From: Nemertoderma westbladi
Taxonomy: Eukaryota; Animalia; Xenacoelomorpha
Assembly: GCA_032718475.1 (NCBI GenBank)
Contig: JAUCBJ010004314.1
Span: 38,586-102,585, forward strand
Direction: 5' to 3'
DNA: 64,000 nucleotides
Position 1 is the first letter of the stretch. The number at the start of each line of letters is the position of its first letter. A program made the position numbers and the translations under genes. This document shows positions 10,060 to 22,064 of the stretch, one piece after another. Below the pieces are notes generated by a model. It saw only the letters and a list, made by a program, of their open reading frames with translations, made no database searches and had not been told where the DNA came from.

Positions 10060-10874
10060 ATTGAATTCAATTCAATTTATTATAATATAAGATTCAATAC
10101 ATATAACGGCATAAACCTGCAGCCACCACCAAAACAGAGCTTTCATATTATAATTACTGAATTATACACTACTACATACATATGGTTGCGCTATACGTTT
10201 GGTTGCGCTGCACCTTTACGCTAAATAAATTGTCGTACAACAGCTGGCAGTAGCGTAATGCTAGTCAAGGTCATCTGTTGTACAAAGAGGGCAAAGTGTA
10301 TCACAAATAAATAAATTGCACAATTATTCTAAGACATATAAGTTAAGAATATATTATGAAAATTTACCATATATGCGTAATACTCTGGCTTTGTAGTAGT
10401 TTTTATTGTAGAATATAATTTGTATCTAGAGTAATTTATATATTCATATACATTTATTAAAGCTTAATAATTTCCACCTGGTTAATGAAAGTAAACAGAT
10501 ATGGGAGTGCTGTATTTGTTTAATAAAATATATTTGTAGTTACTACATGTATTAACTTGAGTGATTCATAAGCAAAAAAACTTAATCAGATAATTCCAGA
10601 TACTCGGTCCTGTTACTCCGATCGATTTGTGAGCTTCTTCTAAACGGGTTTGGGGAATAACATATTTTCCTGTCAAAGCCGCACGGGTACTATATCGGTG
10701 CATGGCAGAACATTTTGTAAAAAGGTGCGAGAGAGGGTGTGAGGGGTTATGTGATATGTCTAGCAATAGTTGGGAAACATGATAGACATATAGTGACTCC
10801 AAAGGTAGTATATTCATTTTTTTATATAGGGGATAAGCTGTTTGGCGGAAATGGCTAAAAGCCCACCTTACCTT
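10060..10874 (-). mobile_element. L2/CR1-group LINE 3' fragment with 3'UTR (copy 2)
   Basis: Same ORF as 50-301 at offset 10516. Minus strand ends AATAAATTGAATTGAATTCAA at ~10081-10061, resembling an L2-type short-repeat tail. Confidence 0.65.
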
Positions 10875-10876
10875 AC

Positions 10877-13800
10877 CTTTCCCACCTTACTACCACACTA
10901 TGCTACTGTGTTAGCTGTCTCAATCCTTACTACCACACTATGCTACTGTGTTAGTTTGTTTCCCACCTTACTACCACACTATGCTACTGTGTTGGTTGTC
11001 TCACACCTTAGTACCACACTATGCTACTGTGTTAGTTTTTCCCACCTTACTACTACCACACTATGCTAGGGTGTTAGTTTGTTTCCCACGTTACTACCAC
11101 ACTATGCTACTATGTTAGTTTGTTTCCCACCTTACTACCACACTATGCTACTGTGTTAGTTTGTTTCCCACGTTACTACCACACTATGCTACTATGTTAG
11201 TTTGTTTCCCACCTTACTACCACACTATGCTACTATGTTAGTTTGTTTCCCACCTTACTACCACACTATGCTACTGTGTTTGTTTGTTTCCCACCTTACT
11301 ACTACCACACTATGATACTATGTTAGTTTGTTTCCCACCTTACTACCACACTATGCTACTATGTTAGTTTGTTTCCCACCTTACTACCACACTATGCTAC
11401 TATGTTAGTTTGTTTCCCACCTTACTACCACACAATGCTGCTGTGTTAGTTTGTTTCCCACCTTACTACCACACTATGCTACTGTGTTAGTTTGTTTCCC
11501 ACCTTACTACCACACTATGCTACTATGTTAGTTTGTTTCCCACCTTACTACCACACTATGCTGCTGTGTTAGTTTGTTTCCCACCTTACTACCACACTAT
11601 GCTACTGTGTTAGTTTGTTTCCCACCTTACTACCACACTATGCTACTATGTTAGTTTGTTTCCCACCTTACTACCACACTATGCTACTGTGTTAGTTTGT
11701 TTCCCACCTTACTACCACACTATGCTACTGTGTTAGTTTATTTCCCACCTTACTACCACACTATGCTACTATGTTAGTTTGTTTCCCACCTTACTACCAC
11801 ACTATGCTACTGTGTTAGTTTGTTTCCCACCTTACTACCACACTATGCTACTGTGTTAGTTTGTTTCCCACCTTACTACCACACTATGCTACTGTGTTAG
11901 TTTGTTTCCAACCTTACTACCACACTATGCTACTGTGTTAGTTTTTTTCCCACTTTACTACCACACTATGCTACTGTGTTAGTTTGTTTCCAACCTTACT
12001 ACCACACTATGCTACTGTGTTAGTTTTTTTCCAACCTTACTACCACACTATGCTACTGTGTTAGTTTTTTTCCAACCTTACTACCACACTATGCTACTGT
12101 GTTAGCTTTTTTCCCACCTTACTACCACACTATGCTACTGTGTTAGTTTTTTTCCCACCTTACTACCACACTATGCTACTGTGTTAGTTTGTTTCCCACC
12201 TTACTACCACACTATGCTACTGTGTCAGTTTTTTCCCACCTTACTACCACACTATGCTACTATGTTAGTTTGTTTCCCACCTTACTACCACACTATGCTA
12301 CTGTGTCAGTTTTTTTCCCATCTTACTACCACACTATGCTACTATGTTAGTTTGTTTCCCACCTTACTACCACACTATGCTACTGTGTCAGTTTTTTTCC
12401 ACCTTACTACCACACTATGCTACTATGTTAGTTTGTTTCCCACCTTACCACCACAATATGCTACTGTGTCAGTTTTTTTACCACCTTACTACCACACTAT
12501 GCTACTGTGTTAGTTTGTTCCCCACCTTACTACCACACTATGCTACTGTGTTAGTTTGTTTCCCACCTTACTACCACACTATGCTACTGTGTTAGTTTGT
12601 TTCCCACCTTACTACCACACTATGCTACTGTGTTAGTTTGTTTCCCACCTTACTACCACACTATGCTGCTGTGTTAGTTTTTTTACCACCTTACTACCAC
12701 ACTTTGCTACTGTGTTAGTTTGTTCCCCACCTTACTACCACACTATGCTACTGTGTTAGTTTGTTTCCCACCTTACTACCACACTATGCTACTATGTTAG
12801 TTTGTTTCCCACCTTACTACCACACTATGCTACTGTGTTAGTTCGTTTCCCACCTTACTACCACACTATGCTACTGTGTTAGTTTGTTACCCACCTTACT
12901 ACCACACTATGCTACTATGTTAGTTTGTTTCCCACCTTACTACCACACTATGCTACTATGTTAGTTTGTTTCCCACCTTACTACCACACTATGCTACTGT
13001 GTTAGTTTGTTTCCCACCTTACTACCACACTATGCTACTGTGTTAGTTTGTTTCCCACCTTACTACCACACTATGCTACTATGATAGTTTGTTTCCCACC
13101 TTACTACCACACTATGCTACTATGTTAGTTTGTTTCCCACCTTACTACCACACTATGCTACTGTGTTAGTTTGTTTCCCACCTTACTACCACACTATGCT
13201 ACTGTGTTAGTTTGTTCCCCACCTTACTACCACACTATGCTACTGTGTTAGTTTGTTTCCCACCTTACTACCACACTATGCTACTGTGTTAGTTTGTTTC
13301 CCACCTTACTACCACACTATGATACTGTGTTAGTTTGTTTCCCACCTTACTACCACCCTATGCTACTGTGCTAGTTTGTTTCCCACCTTACTACCACACT
13401 ATGCTACTGTGTTAGTTTGTTTCCCACCTTACTACCACACTATGCTACTGTGTTAGTTTATTTCCCACCTTACTACCACACTATGCTACTATGTTAGTTT
13501 GTTTCCCACCTTACTACCACACTATGCTACTGTGTTAGTTTGTTTCCCACCTTACTACCACACTATGCTACTGTGTTAGTTTGTTTCCCACCTTACTACC
13601 ACACTATGCTACTGTGTTAGTTTGTTTCCAACCTTACTACCACACTATGCTACTGTGTTAGTTTTTTTCCCACTTTACTACCACACTATGCTACTGTGTT
13701 AGTTTGTTCCCCACCTTACTACCACACTATGCTACTGTGTTAGTTTGTTTCCCACCTTACTACCACACTATGCTACTATGTTAGTTTGTTTCCCACCTTA

Positions 13801-16473
13801 CTACCACACTATGCTACTGTGTTAGTTCGTTTCCCACCTTACTACCACACTATGCTACTGTGTTAGTTTGTTACCCACCTTACTACCACACTATGCTACT
13901 ATGTTAGTTTGTTTCCCACCTTACTACCACACTATGCTACTATGTTAGTTTGTTTCCCACCTTACTACCACACTATGCTACTGTGTTAGTTTGTTTCCCA
14001 CCTTACTACCACACTATGCTACTGTGTTAGTTTGTTTCCCACCTTACTACCACACTATGCTACTATGATAGTTTGTTTCCCACCTTACTACCACACTATG
14101 CTACTATGTTAGTTTGTTTCCCACCTTACTACCGCACTATGCTACTGTGTTAGTTTGTTTCCCACCTTACTACCACACTATGCTACTGTGTTAGTTTGTT
14201 CCCCACCTTACTACCACACTATGCTACTGTGTTAGTTTGTTTCCCACCTTACTACCACACTATGCTACTGTGTTAGTTTGTTTCCCACCTTACTACCACA
14301 CTATGATACTGTGTTAGTTTGTTTCCCACCTTACTACCACCCTATGCTACTGTGCTAGTTTGTTTCCCACCTTACTACCACACTATGCTACTGTGTTAGT
14401 TTGTTTCCCACCTTACTACCACACTATGCTACTGTGTTAGTTTGTTCCCCACCTTACTACCACACTATGCTACTGTGTTAGTTTGTTTCCCACCTTACTA
14501 CCACACTATGCTACTGTGTTAGTTTGTTTCCCACCTTACTACCACACTATGCTACTATGTTAGTTTGTTTCCCACCTTACTACCACACTATGCTACTGTG
14601 TTAGTTTGTTTCCCACCTTACTACCACACTATGCTACTGTGTTAGTTTGTTTCCCACCTTACTACCACACTATGCTACTATGTTAGTTTGTTTCCCACCT
14701 TACTACCACACTATGCTACTATGTTAGTTTGTTTCCCACCTTACTACCACACTATGCTACTGTGTTAGTTTGTTTCCCACCTTACTACCACACTATGCTA
14801 CTGTGTTAGTTTGTTTCCCACCTTACTACCACACTATGCTACTGTGTTAGTTTGTTTCCCACCTTACTACCACACTATGCTACTATGTTAGTTTGTTTCC
14901 CACCTTACTACCACACTATGCTACTGTGTTAGTTTGTTTCCCACCTTACTACCACACTATGCTACTGTGTTAGTTTGTTTCCCACCTTACTACCACACTA
15001 TGCTACTGTGTTAGTTTGTTTTCCACCTTACTACCACACTATGCTACTATATTAGTTTGTTTCCCACCTTACTACCGCACTATGCTACTGTGTTAGTTTG
15101 TTTCCCACCTTACTACCACACTATGCTACTGTGTTAGTTTGTTTCCCACCTTACTACCACACTATGCTACTGTGTTAGTTTGTTCCCCACCTTACTACCA
15201 CACTATGCTACTGTGTTAGTTTGTTTCCCACCTTACTACCACACTATGCTACTGTGTTAGTTTGTTTCCCACCTTACTACCACACTATGCTACTGTGTTA
15301 GTTTGTTTCCCACCTTACTACCACACTATGCTACTGTGTTAGTTGGTTTCCCACCTCACTACCACACTATGCTGCTGTGTTAGTTTGTTTCCCACCTTAC
15401 TACCACACTATGCTACTGTGTTAGTTTGTTTCCCACCTTAATACCACACTATGCTACTGTGTTAGTTTGTTTCCCACCTTACTACCACACTATGCTGCTG
15501 TGTTAGTTTTTTTACCACCTTACTACCACACAATGCTATTGTGTTAGTTTGTTTCCCACCTTACTACCACACTATGCTACTGTGTTAGTTTGTTTCCCAC
15601 CTTACTACCACACTATGCTACTATGTTAGTTTGTTTTCTACCTTACTACCACACTATGCTACTGTGTTAGTTTGTTTCCCACCTTACTACCACACTATGC
15701 TACTATGTTAGTTTGTTTCCCACCTTACTACCACACTATGCTACTGTGTTAGTTTGTTTCCCACCTTACTACCACACTATGCTACTGTGTTAGTTTGTTT
15801 CCCACCTTACTACCACACTATGCTACTATGTTAGTTTGTTTCCCACCTTACTACCACACTATGCTACTATGTTAGTTTGTTTCCCACCTTACTACCACAC
15901 TATGCTACTGTGTTAGTTTGTTTCCCACCTTACTACCACACTATGCTACTGTGTTAGTTTGTTTCCCACCTTACTACCACACTATGCTACTGCGTTAGTT
16001 TGTTTCCCACCTTACTACCACACTATGCTACTATGTTAGTTTGTTTCCCACCTTACTACCACACTATGCTACTGTGTTAGTTTGTTTCCCACCTTACTAC
16101 CACACTATGCTACTGTGTTAGTTTGTTTCCCACCTTACTACCACACTATGCTACTGTGTTAGTTTGTTTTCCACCTTACTACCACACTATGCTACTATGT
16201 TAGTTTGTTTCCCACCTTACTACCGCACTATGCTACTGTGTTAGTTTGTTTCCCACCTTACTACCACACTATGCTACTGTGTTAGTTTGTTTCCCACCTT
16301 ACTACCACACTATGCTACTGTGTTAGTTTGTTTCCCACCTTACTACCACACTATGCTACTGTGTTAGTTTGTTTCCCACCTTACTACCACACTATGCTAC
16401 TGTGTTAGTTTGTTTCCCACCTTACTACCACACTATGCTACTGTGTTAGTTTGTTTCCCACCTTACTACCACA
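10877..16473. repeat. 41-bp minisatellite, ~136 copies (same family as 361-1217)
   Basis: Direct periodicity of 41; internal block duplication (gttcgt variant at 12841 and 13825, offset 984 = 24 units). Confidence 0.97.
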
Positions 16474-17042
16474 ACTACTGTATGTTACGGTGGTCGGTCA
16501 CACATTATCTCACATTTCTTTAAAAGGTTTTTATAATTAATTCAACCATCACTGAAACGTTTCTGACAAACGCTCGTGATAATTGGGTAATATTTGAATG
16601 CTTATTACGACATCAATGAAGATAAGAATATTGTTATCTGCTTAACTTGATACAATGTGTACTGTACATAAAACACACAGTCTGTGCAGTTTCAGTACAG
16701 CGGCCTTCGGTTATTTGTACCTTTGAACCTCTCGAAACTTCATATCACTCAAACGCACACATGAAAGATTTTGGTCAACAAAACTGTTGGAATTATTATT
16801 TAATAATAATATAACCAGTACTACAGGAGCAAGGCGTTCTAAATAGCGTTTAAATGTTGTGAACTCCTTGAGGTAAAGGTTCAAAAACGCGGTAGTCAAA
16901 ACTTTAACCCAGTAACTGAACTGTATCATCCATAAACAATCGGTTGTCTAAAAAGTAGCTACATCGTTGAATGTATCATAAGATATATAGGCCTACAATA
17001 GGAAGGTACCCATTAGATTACTGCAGAAAGAATAAAGTTAGG

Positions 17043-17174
17043 ATGATGAATTGCTATTTGATTGTTGTGTTGTTTTCTCTTGGTTTAGTAGTTGGTGGGA
17101 GTGAGAGATGTTGCCTTCCTCAACAATATGAAGGAATTTTGGGAGAAATGATTGGCGCCATGCAGCCCAATGGA
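17043..17174 (+). CDS. EPDR: Ependymin-related protein, exon 1 (signal peptide + CCxPxQYEG)
   Basis: MMNCYLIVVLFSLGLVVGGSERCCLPQQYEGILGEMIGAMQPNG then GTAAGT donor at 17175, phase 0. Confidence 0.88.
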
Positions 17175-17319
17175 GTAAGTAGTTCATAAAGTATGGGAAA
17201 TATAGCAAAATATTTTAATGTATTTAATTATTAATAATTATTAATTTACTATAAATTTTGTATTATTTCTAAATATTTATTATTATCAATTTATTTTATC
17301 ATGAATATTGTGTGAATGT

Positions 17320-17790
17320 GGGGCGAACCACGAATTCTGAGCTTTCTCATACCGATAAGTTAGTGTCAGCCAAATCGTCTTGTCTTGTCCGTCCGTCTGA
17401 CTCAATGTTTGAACGTCAATATCAAAGTTAGTTTCCACACTAGTTAATAATGGCATCCTTGGACCGTTACTAAAAACGTTAGATAAGGTTCACAGTTCAC
17501 AGACGTCCTTTGTTCTACGGTTTGTGCGAAGTGTTAAACACAGCATACAGTACAACAACTGTAGTGTGCATCATGGTCATATACTGTATTGTTGGACGAG
17601 CCACGAAAGTAATCGAGTTTAGCATACAGGTACCACTATCTCAATCGGTATATCTGTTATTCTGTTATGTTCCAATTTTAAACGTTAATAACTCAGCCAA
17701 ATCTTAATGAAATCTATCCAAACTTGGTACACATGTTGTTTGACAAAAGTTTAGAAATTTTCCAAGTTGAATTTGCGTGTGGCCTTCAAG
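17320..17790 (+). mobile_element. Possible Helentron/DINE-1-like non-autonomous element fragment in intron 1
   Basis: GTCC/GTCT microsatellite (gtccgtccgtctg, ~17387) and aaacttggtacac (~17720) recall this class; boundaries not resolved. Confidence 0.3.
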
Positions 17791-17906
17791 ACGTTAAGAT
17801 AAATTCAGTTAATTAGTAAATTAAGTTTATTAGGGTAAAAGCAGCATTTTCAACATGGCTTTTGATGGAAATTAATTATTTTATAGTAGTAAATAATTAT
17901 GCTTAA

Positions 17907-18584
17907 CCCTTTGCATACCGCAGAAGATAATATTGCATATTGCTGGATGACCAGTCATTTTGATGTCCACCCTCCACCGTGGCTCATACGGGTGAGCCAT
18001 CAATAAAACGAGAAATGTCAGCCTTAAATGACCAAGATTAGCATATCATTTTGATCAGAAGTAAAATAGAAGACTAAAAAAGACTAGGCCTACTGATTTT
18101 AGGGTTATACATGAGCAAAGCCAAACCAACCTGTCTGCAAATACATGACTATATGGGATTATGCTACATTATCTAAACAAACCAGCAAATATAACCAAAA
18201 TAAACTTAAATACCTGAATAAACAGGCAGCATAATTGTCAAATTTACTAATCATGCATAATAAACCGTGAAATGCTGCAGTTGGCGCTATTTATTTGAGT
18301 ATTCTACTGCTGTACAGTTAGTTTGACTACATTCTTCATCTGCAGTGCTACTGAATTATACAGAAATGCATGACATCTTTCACTACTGGTAGGGATAGTC
18401 AGACAGCTGCTGAGTATAGGGATACTATTTTTTCTTGTCCTAAATACCTAATGGGAGCATACAGTAGTAACACTTATCTGGTATCCCAGTCATATCAGAA
18501 CATAATATAATATCATGGCTCATACGGGTGTGCCACGTTGGGGTAGGTTGTGGCTCATACGGGTATGCCCCGGTATGCAAAGGG
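17907..18584. mobile_element. piggyBac-type non-autonomous element (MITE)
   Basis: TTAA at 17903-17906 and 18585-18588. 14-bp perfect TIR CCCTTTGCATACCG / CGGTATGCAAAGGG. Subterminal TGGCTCATACGGGT repeats at ~17980, 18516 and 18551. Confidence 0.9.
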
Positions 18585-19422
18585 TTAAAAATTATACAGC
18601 TGTAATCTCCATACCCGATTCCATTATAGCTTTTAATTTGTTCAAGTGATTTGCTTTAAGAAATGTGTTTTTAATTGATCTAAACGCAATTAAGTAATCA
18701 AAATGCATCCCGTCACTCTATACTTCAACCTCCCTCATTCCTTTGGCATGCTAGTTATTGCCTAGCCTATCTGCTGGCGCTGGGAACCGGTCCAACCACC
18801 TCAGCACTCGGCAATGGGTAATTACATCTATAGGGCATAGGCACTACAGCTGTAGTGTATGGTGCCAGACTAATAAGCCAGCTTGCTTATCTCGCAAAAT
18901 GATTGGCTCAGTATTTTAATTATGATTCTTTAGAATAATTAGCTAAATAATTTCGTTGACGTGATAAATTAATATTTCAGTAGTAAGGAGTTTTCAGTTT
19001 AGGTAAGTGTTAATATTTATCACAAATTGGGTTGCCTCTATGCCTAAAATTTAAAACACAAATTTCCTGTTAGCTGTTAATCAATCCTCTGTGCGCCTTT
19101 GTGTTGGGGTGTTGCAGATTGAGAGGGGGGGGGGGGGGGGGGGGACTTTCCTCTCTTCTTTGATTTATTGGAGGTTTGGTTAAATTTCTCAAATACCGAT
19201 TTTGTGATAGAACAGCTAAATTTTAATCTGTAACTGATATCTGAGCCTCGTGCTGCGCGAAGGCCCTACGAACGTGTTATTATTACGGTAGTTAGGCTAT
19301 ACTGCTATGCTACATTAGTTCATACCTCCAGCTGTTAACTTCAGCAGCCTATTTCGATGTTTGTGGATCAGGAACACATAAAAGTTTTGCTGAACGTGTG
19401 TGTTAATTATTATTTGTTTCAG

Positions 19423-19630
19423 GTTGGCTCAGAAACACTTATCTATGGGATATATAGTGTTGATTCCAAAGCCAGTAAAGTATACGTGGATGAAACAGTT
19501 ATAGTTAATGGGAAACCCTCCGGCCAGTTCAAGGTACTGCAAGACTTTAATTCAAAGTCTCAGTACGTTTACGGCAAGAAAAAATGCGCGATTTCCCCCC
19601 TAAAAGAAACAATGTTTAGATGTATTCCAG
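19423..19630 (+). CDS. EPDR: Ependymin-related protein, exon 2
   Basis: tttcag acceptor; VGSETLIYGIYSVDSKASKVYVDE...LQDFNSKSQYVYGKKKCAISPLKETMFRCIP; G|gttagg donor, phase 1. Confidence 0.88.
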
Positions 19631-20000
19631 GTTAGGAGGCTGCAGTGGCTGATTTAGGTCAAATTAGTTTCCATTTTTATTGGTGATGAAAAAGTTTCAA
19701 ATTAAAGTTTAATAAGTTTAAAACTAAAGTAAATCGAATCAAAGTAGTTAGAATTTATGCCCTTTTCTGACAGTGTCTGACATAGTCTACCATTACAAAG
19801 ACTTTATCGAACGACTCCTGCCCCGCCCACCTACTATGACTGGCATTGTTTATCTGTAACAGATGCAACATAAGGTCAGTCTGTGGAACTATTTTAATTA
19901 TTCACGTCTACTGGTTGGTGTACGTCTGTTACACTTAAACAATGCCAGCCATGTAACAGGAGATGTACACCGACCAGTACACGTGAATAATTAAAATAGT

Positions 20001-20522
20001 CCCCGCATCTTCAAGGCCAGTTTTCTTTAAGATGCGTCTCAAGAAAGTCATGGGCTGTCCACCATGCTTATTCATTCTATGAGGGTGCCAAAGAACAAGA
20101 TTATGCACTGGCTGGTCCTCAAGGCGAAAGCAATGTCCTGCAAAGCGGAAGCGATTTTGTTCTAGTGTCAAGCTTGGGGGAACCAATGAGACACCTCCAA
20201 TGTTATATATTGTCTGGTTGGAGATGTGAGCATTGTACTTGACACAATGAACCCGGCGTAGCATTCTTGTGAATGTGCCATCCAGAGATTTGGTGTCCTC
20301 AGCAGTTAGAGCCCAGCATGGACTCCCATAGAGGAGTACTGGAACTACTACTTAAGTTTCCGATTAATTCTTGGTGACTTCCAAATCCTGGAAAGCCTAT
20401 TCGTGTTAGGTTGCCCTTCTTGGGAACTGGCACCAACTTATTTGTTTTCATTTCTTGTGGGACTCTTGTTGTTCGGTACATGATTGGATAGATGAGCTTT
20501 AAACACTCAGGTATTTTAAAGA
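20001..20522 (-). mobile_element. Internally deleted RTE fragment (same family as the host RTE)
   Basis: KIPECLKLIYPIMYRTTRVPQEMKTNKLVPVPKKGNLT (close to 6707-6830) fused to the 3' region RFAGHCFRLEDQPVHNLVLW. Confidence 0.85.
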
Positions 20523-20527
20523 CCGCT

Positions 20528-20712
20528 GCACTCACTACTGGTTGAACATTTACAGCTACACTTACTACCGATTGAACATCCTCAGTTACACTCGCTACCA
20601 ATTGAACATCTGCATCTACACTCATTACCGGTTTAAAACATATCCAGGTACACTCACTACTGGTTGAACATTTCCAGCTATACTCACTACTGGTTGAACA
20701 TCTCCAGTTAAA
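20528..20712. repeat. ~30-bp degenerate tandem repeat, ~6 copies (CACTCACTACTGGTTGAACATTTCCAGCTA)
   Basis: Visible 30-bp periodicity. Confidence 0.8.
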
Positions 20713-21255
20713 CTCTATATTCGGCCTGTTGCATTGAAACTGCTCATTGAGATGCTGGCTTAACAAAAATATTTTGCCACCACCATGCTACTACTACTAC
20801 TAGGATTGGCATGCTGCATTGCAGCTGCATTTTTAAAAATGCTGTGTCGGCTTATCAACAAAGTTGCACCGCCATAACTCTCTATCCACCATGGCTTTCG
20901 CGAGATTATCCGCATCTTGTAGGCCAGTGCCCGTTAAGAGGCGTCTCAAGAAAGTCATGGGCTGTCCACCATGCCTATTTTCTTTGTTCAAGTGTAAGCT
21001 TTGGGGAACCAATGAGACACCTCCAATGTTATATTTTGTCTGGTTGGAGAAGTGTGCACTGTATTTGACACAGTGAACCCGACGTAGCATTTTGTGAATG
21101 TGCCATCCAGAGATTTGTTATCCTCAGCAGTTAGAGAGCCCAGCATGGACTCCCATAGAGGATTAGTGGTACTACAGTACTACTGCTCTAAATAATCGGA
21201 CCTTCAGTTTCCGATGTATTCTATGTGACTGCCAAATCCTGGATAGCCCATTCAA
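20713..21255 (-). mobile_element. RTE 3' fragment with (TAG)n tail and a second downstream tail module
   Basis: GQPMTFLRRLL...DRELWRCNFVDK; ctactactactacta at ~20788-20802; 20713-20787 matches 8578-8655 in reverse complement. Confidence 0.82.
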
Positions 21256-21526
21256 TGAGATTTTTGCCAAAGGTTAAAATAAGCTTTACAGAAAGATGTT
21301 CCAGCTATGCTGTGAGGTGTTGAGTAGCCAACCTATTCTAATAATACTAATGTAGGCCTACTTCAAAACTCCCTCCATTATTTCAAGGTCAATTATCCTA
21401 TCATATCGGGCTTTTTCGGGGCTTTTATCAGAACGAATAATTAAAAGTTCCTCTGACATTGAACTAATAAGAAACCCCCTAATATCTAATTTAAGGGGTT
21501 TTTTCAGAAATCAAATCCCATATTGA

Positions 21527-21767
21527 GGTTCGTTAAGCCAAGGAATGCCTGTTCACCACCACGGGTGATCTTCCACAGTAAACCCTTCCACTCTGTTTCC
21601 CAAGTTGCCTTGTTTCCCATTTATCGACCACTGAAGGATGAAAGCCGGGGTTGGGCTAGGTTGCAGCATTTAAAGCACTGTGCCCAAACAGTGCTGCCCC
21701 ATCTAGGGATCGAACCCGGGCTCCCTAATCGGAAGCACAATAATGTCACCACTAGACCAAGCTGCTT
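21527..21767 (-). mobile_element. tRNA-derived SINE
   Basis: Minus strand begins GCAGCTTGGTCTAGTGG (A box)...GGTTCGATCC (B box), then CTTTCATCCTTCAGTGGTCGATAAATGG, which recalls the conserved Meta-type central domain. Flanking CAAATCCCATATTGA at 21512-21526 and 21819-21833. Confidence 0.78.
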
Positions 21768-22064
21768 CATATTGCAAATCCCATATATTATAAATCATAA
21801 ATATATCATAAATATTGGCAAATCCCATATTGAAGGTGCTTAAACGTAGTCTTTTTTCTACTTGGGGTTTTAACAGATTAAACGATTTTTTGACGGGATC
21901 TTATTTTGGTATTTTTCGGTTCTTAACGTTGTTTTAACTTCTGGGGTTTTGTCAGAAGGTTGTATACCGGTATCAATCTAAGGTACCGGAATCATCAAAA
22001 ACCTGAAAATGGCCAAAAAACATCTTAAGGGGTTTTACCAGATTACCCACGATTTTATATGCCA

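Noticed and set aside
326-16473. ORFs such as FPTLLPHYATVL... in the 41-bp arrays
   Set aside because: Translations of a repeat whose length is not a multiple of 3.
19125-19144. Poly-G run in intron 1
   Set aside because: Isolated homopolymer of uncertain length with no supporting context.
21700-21767. tRNA gene on the minus strand
   Set aside because: A and B boxes are present but there is no convincing cloverleaf; it continues into SINE body sequence.
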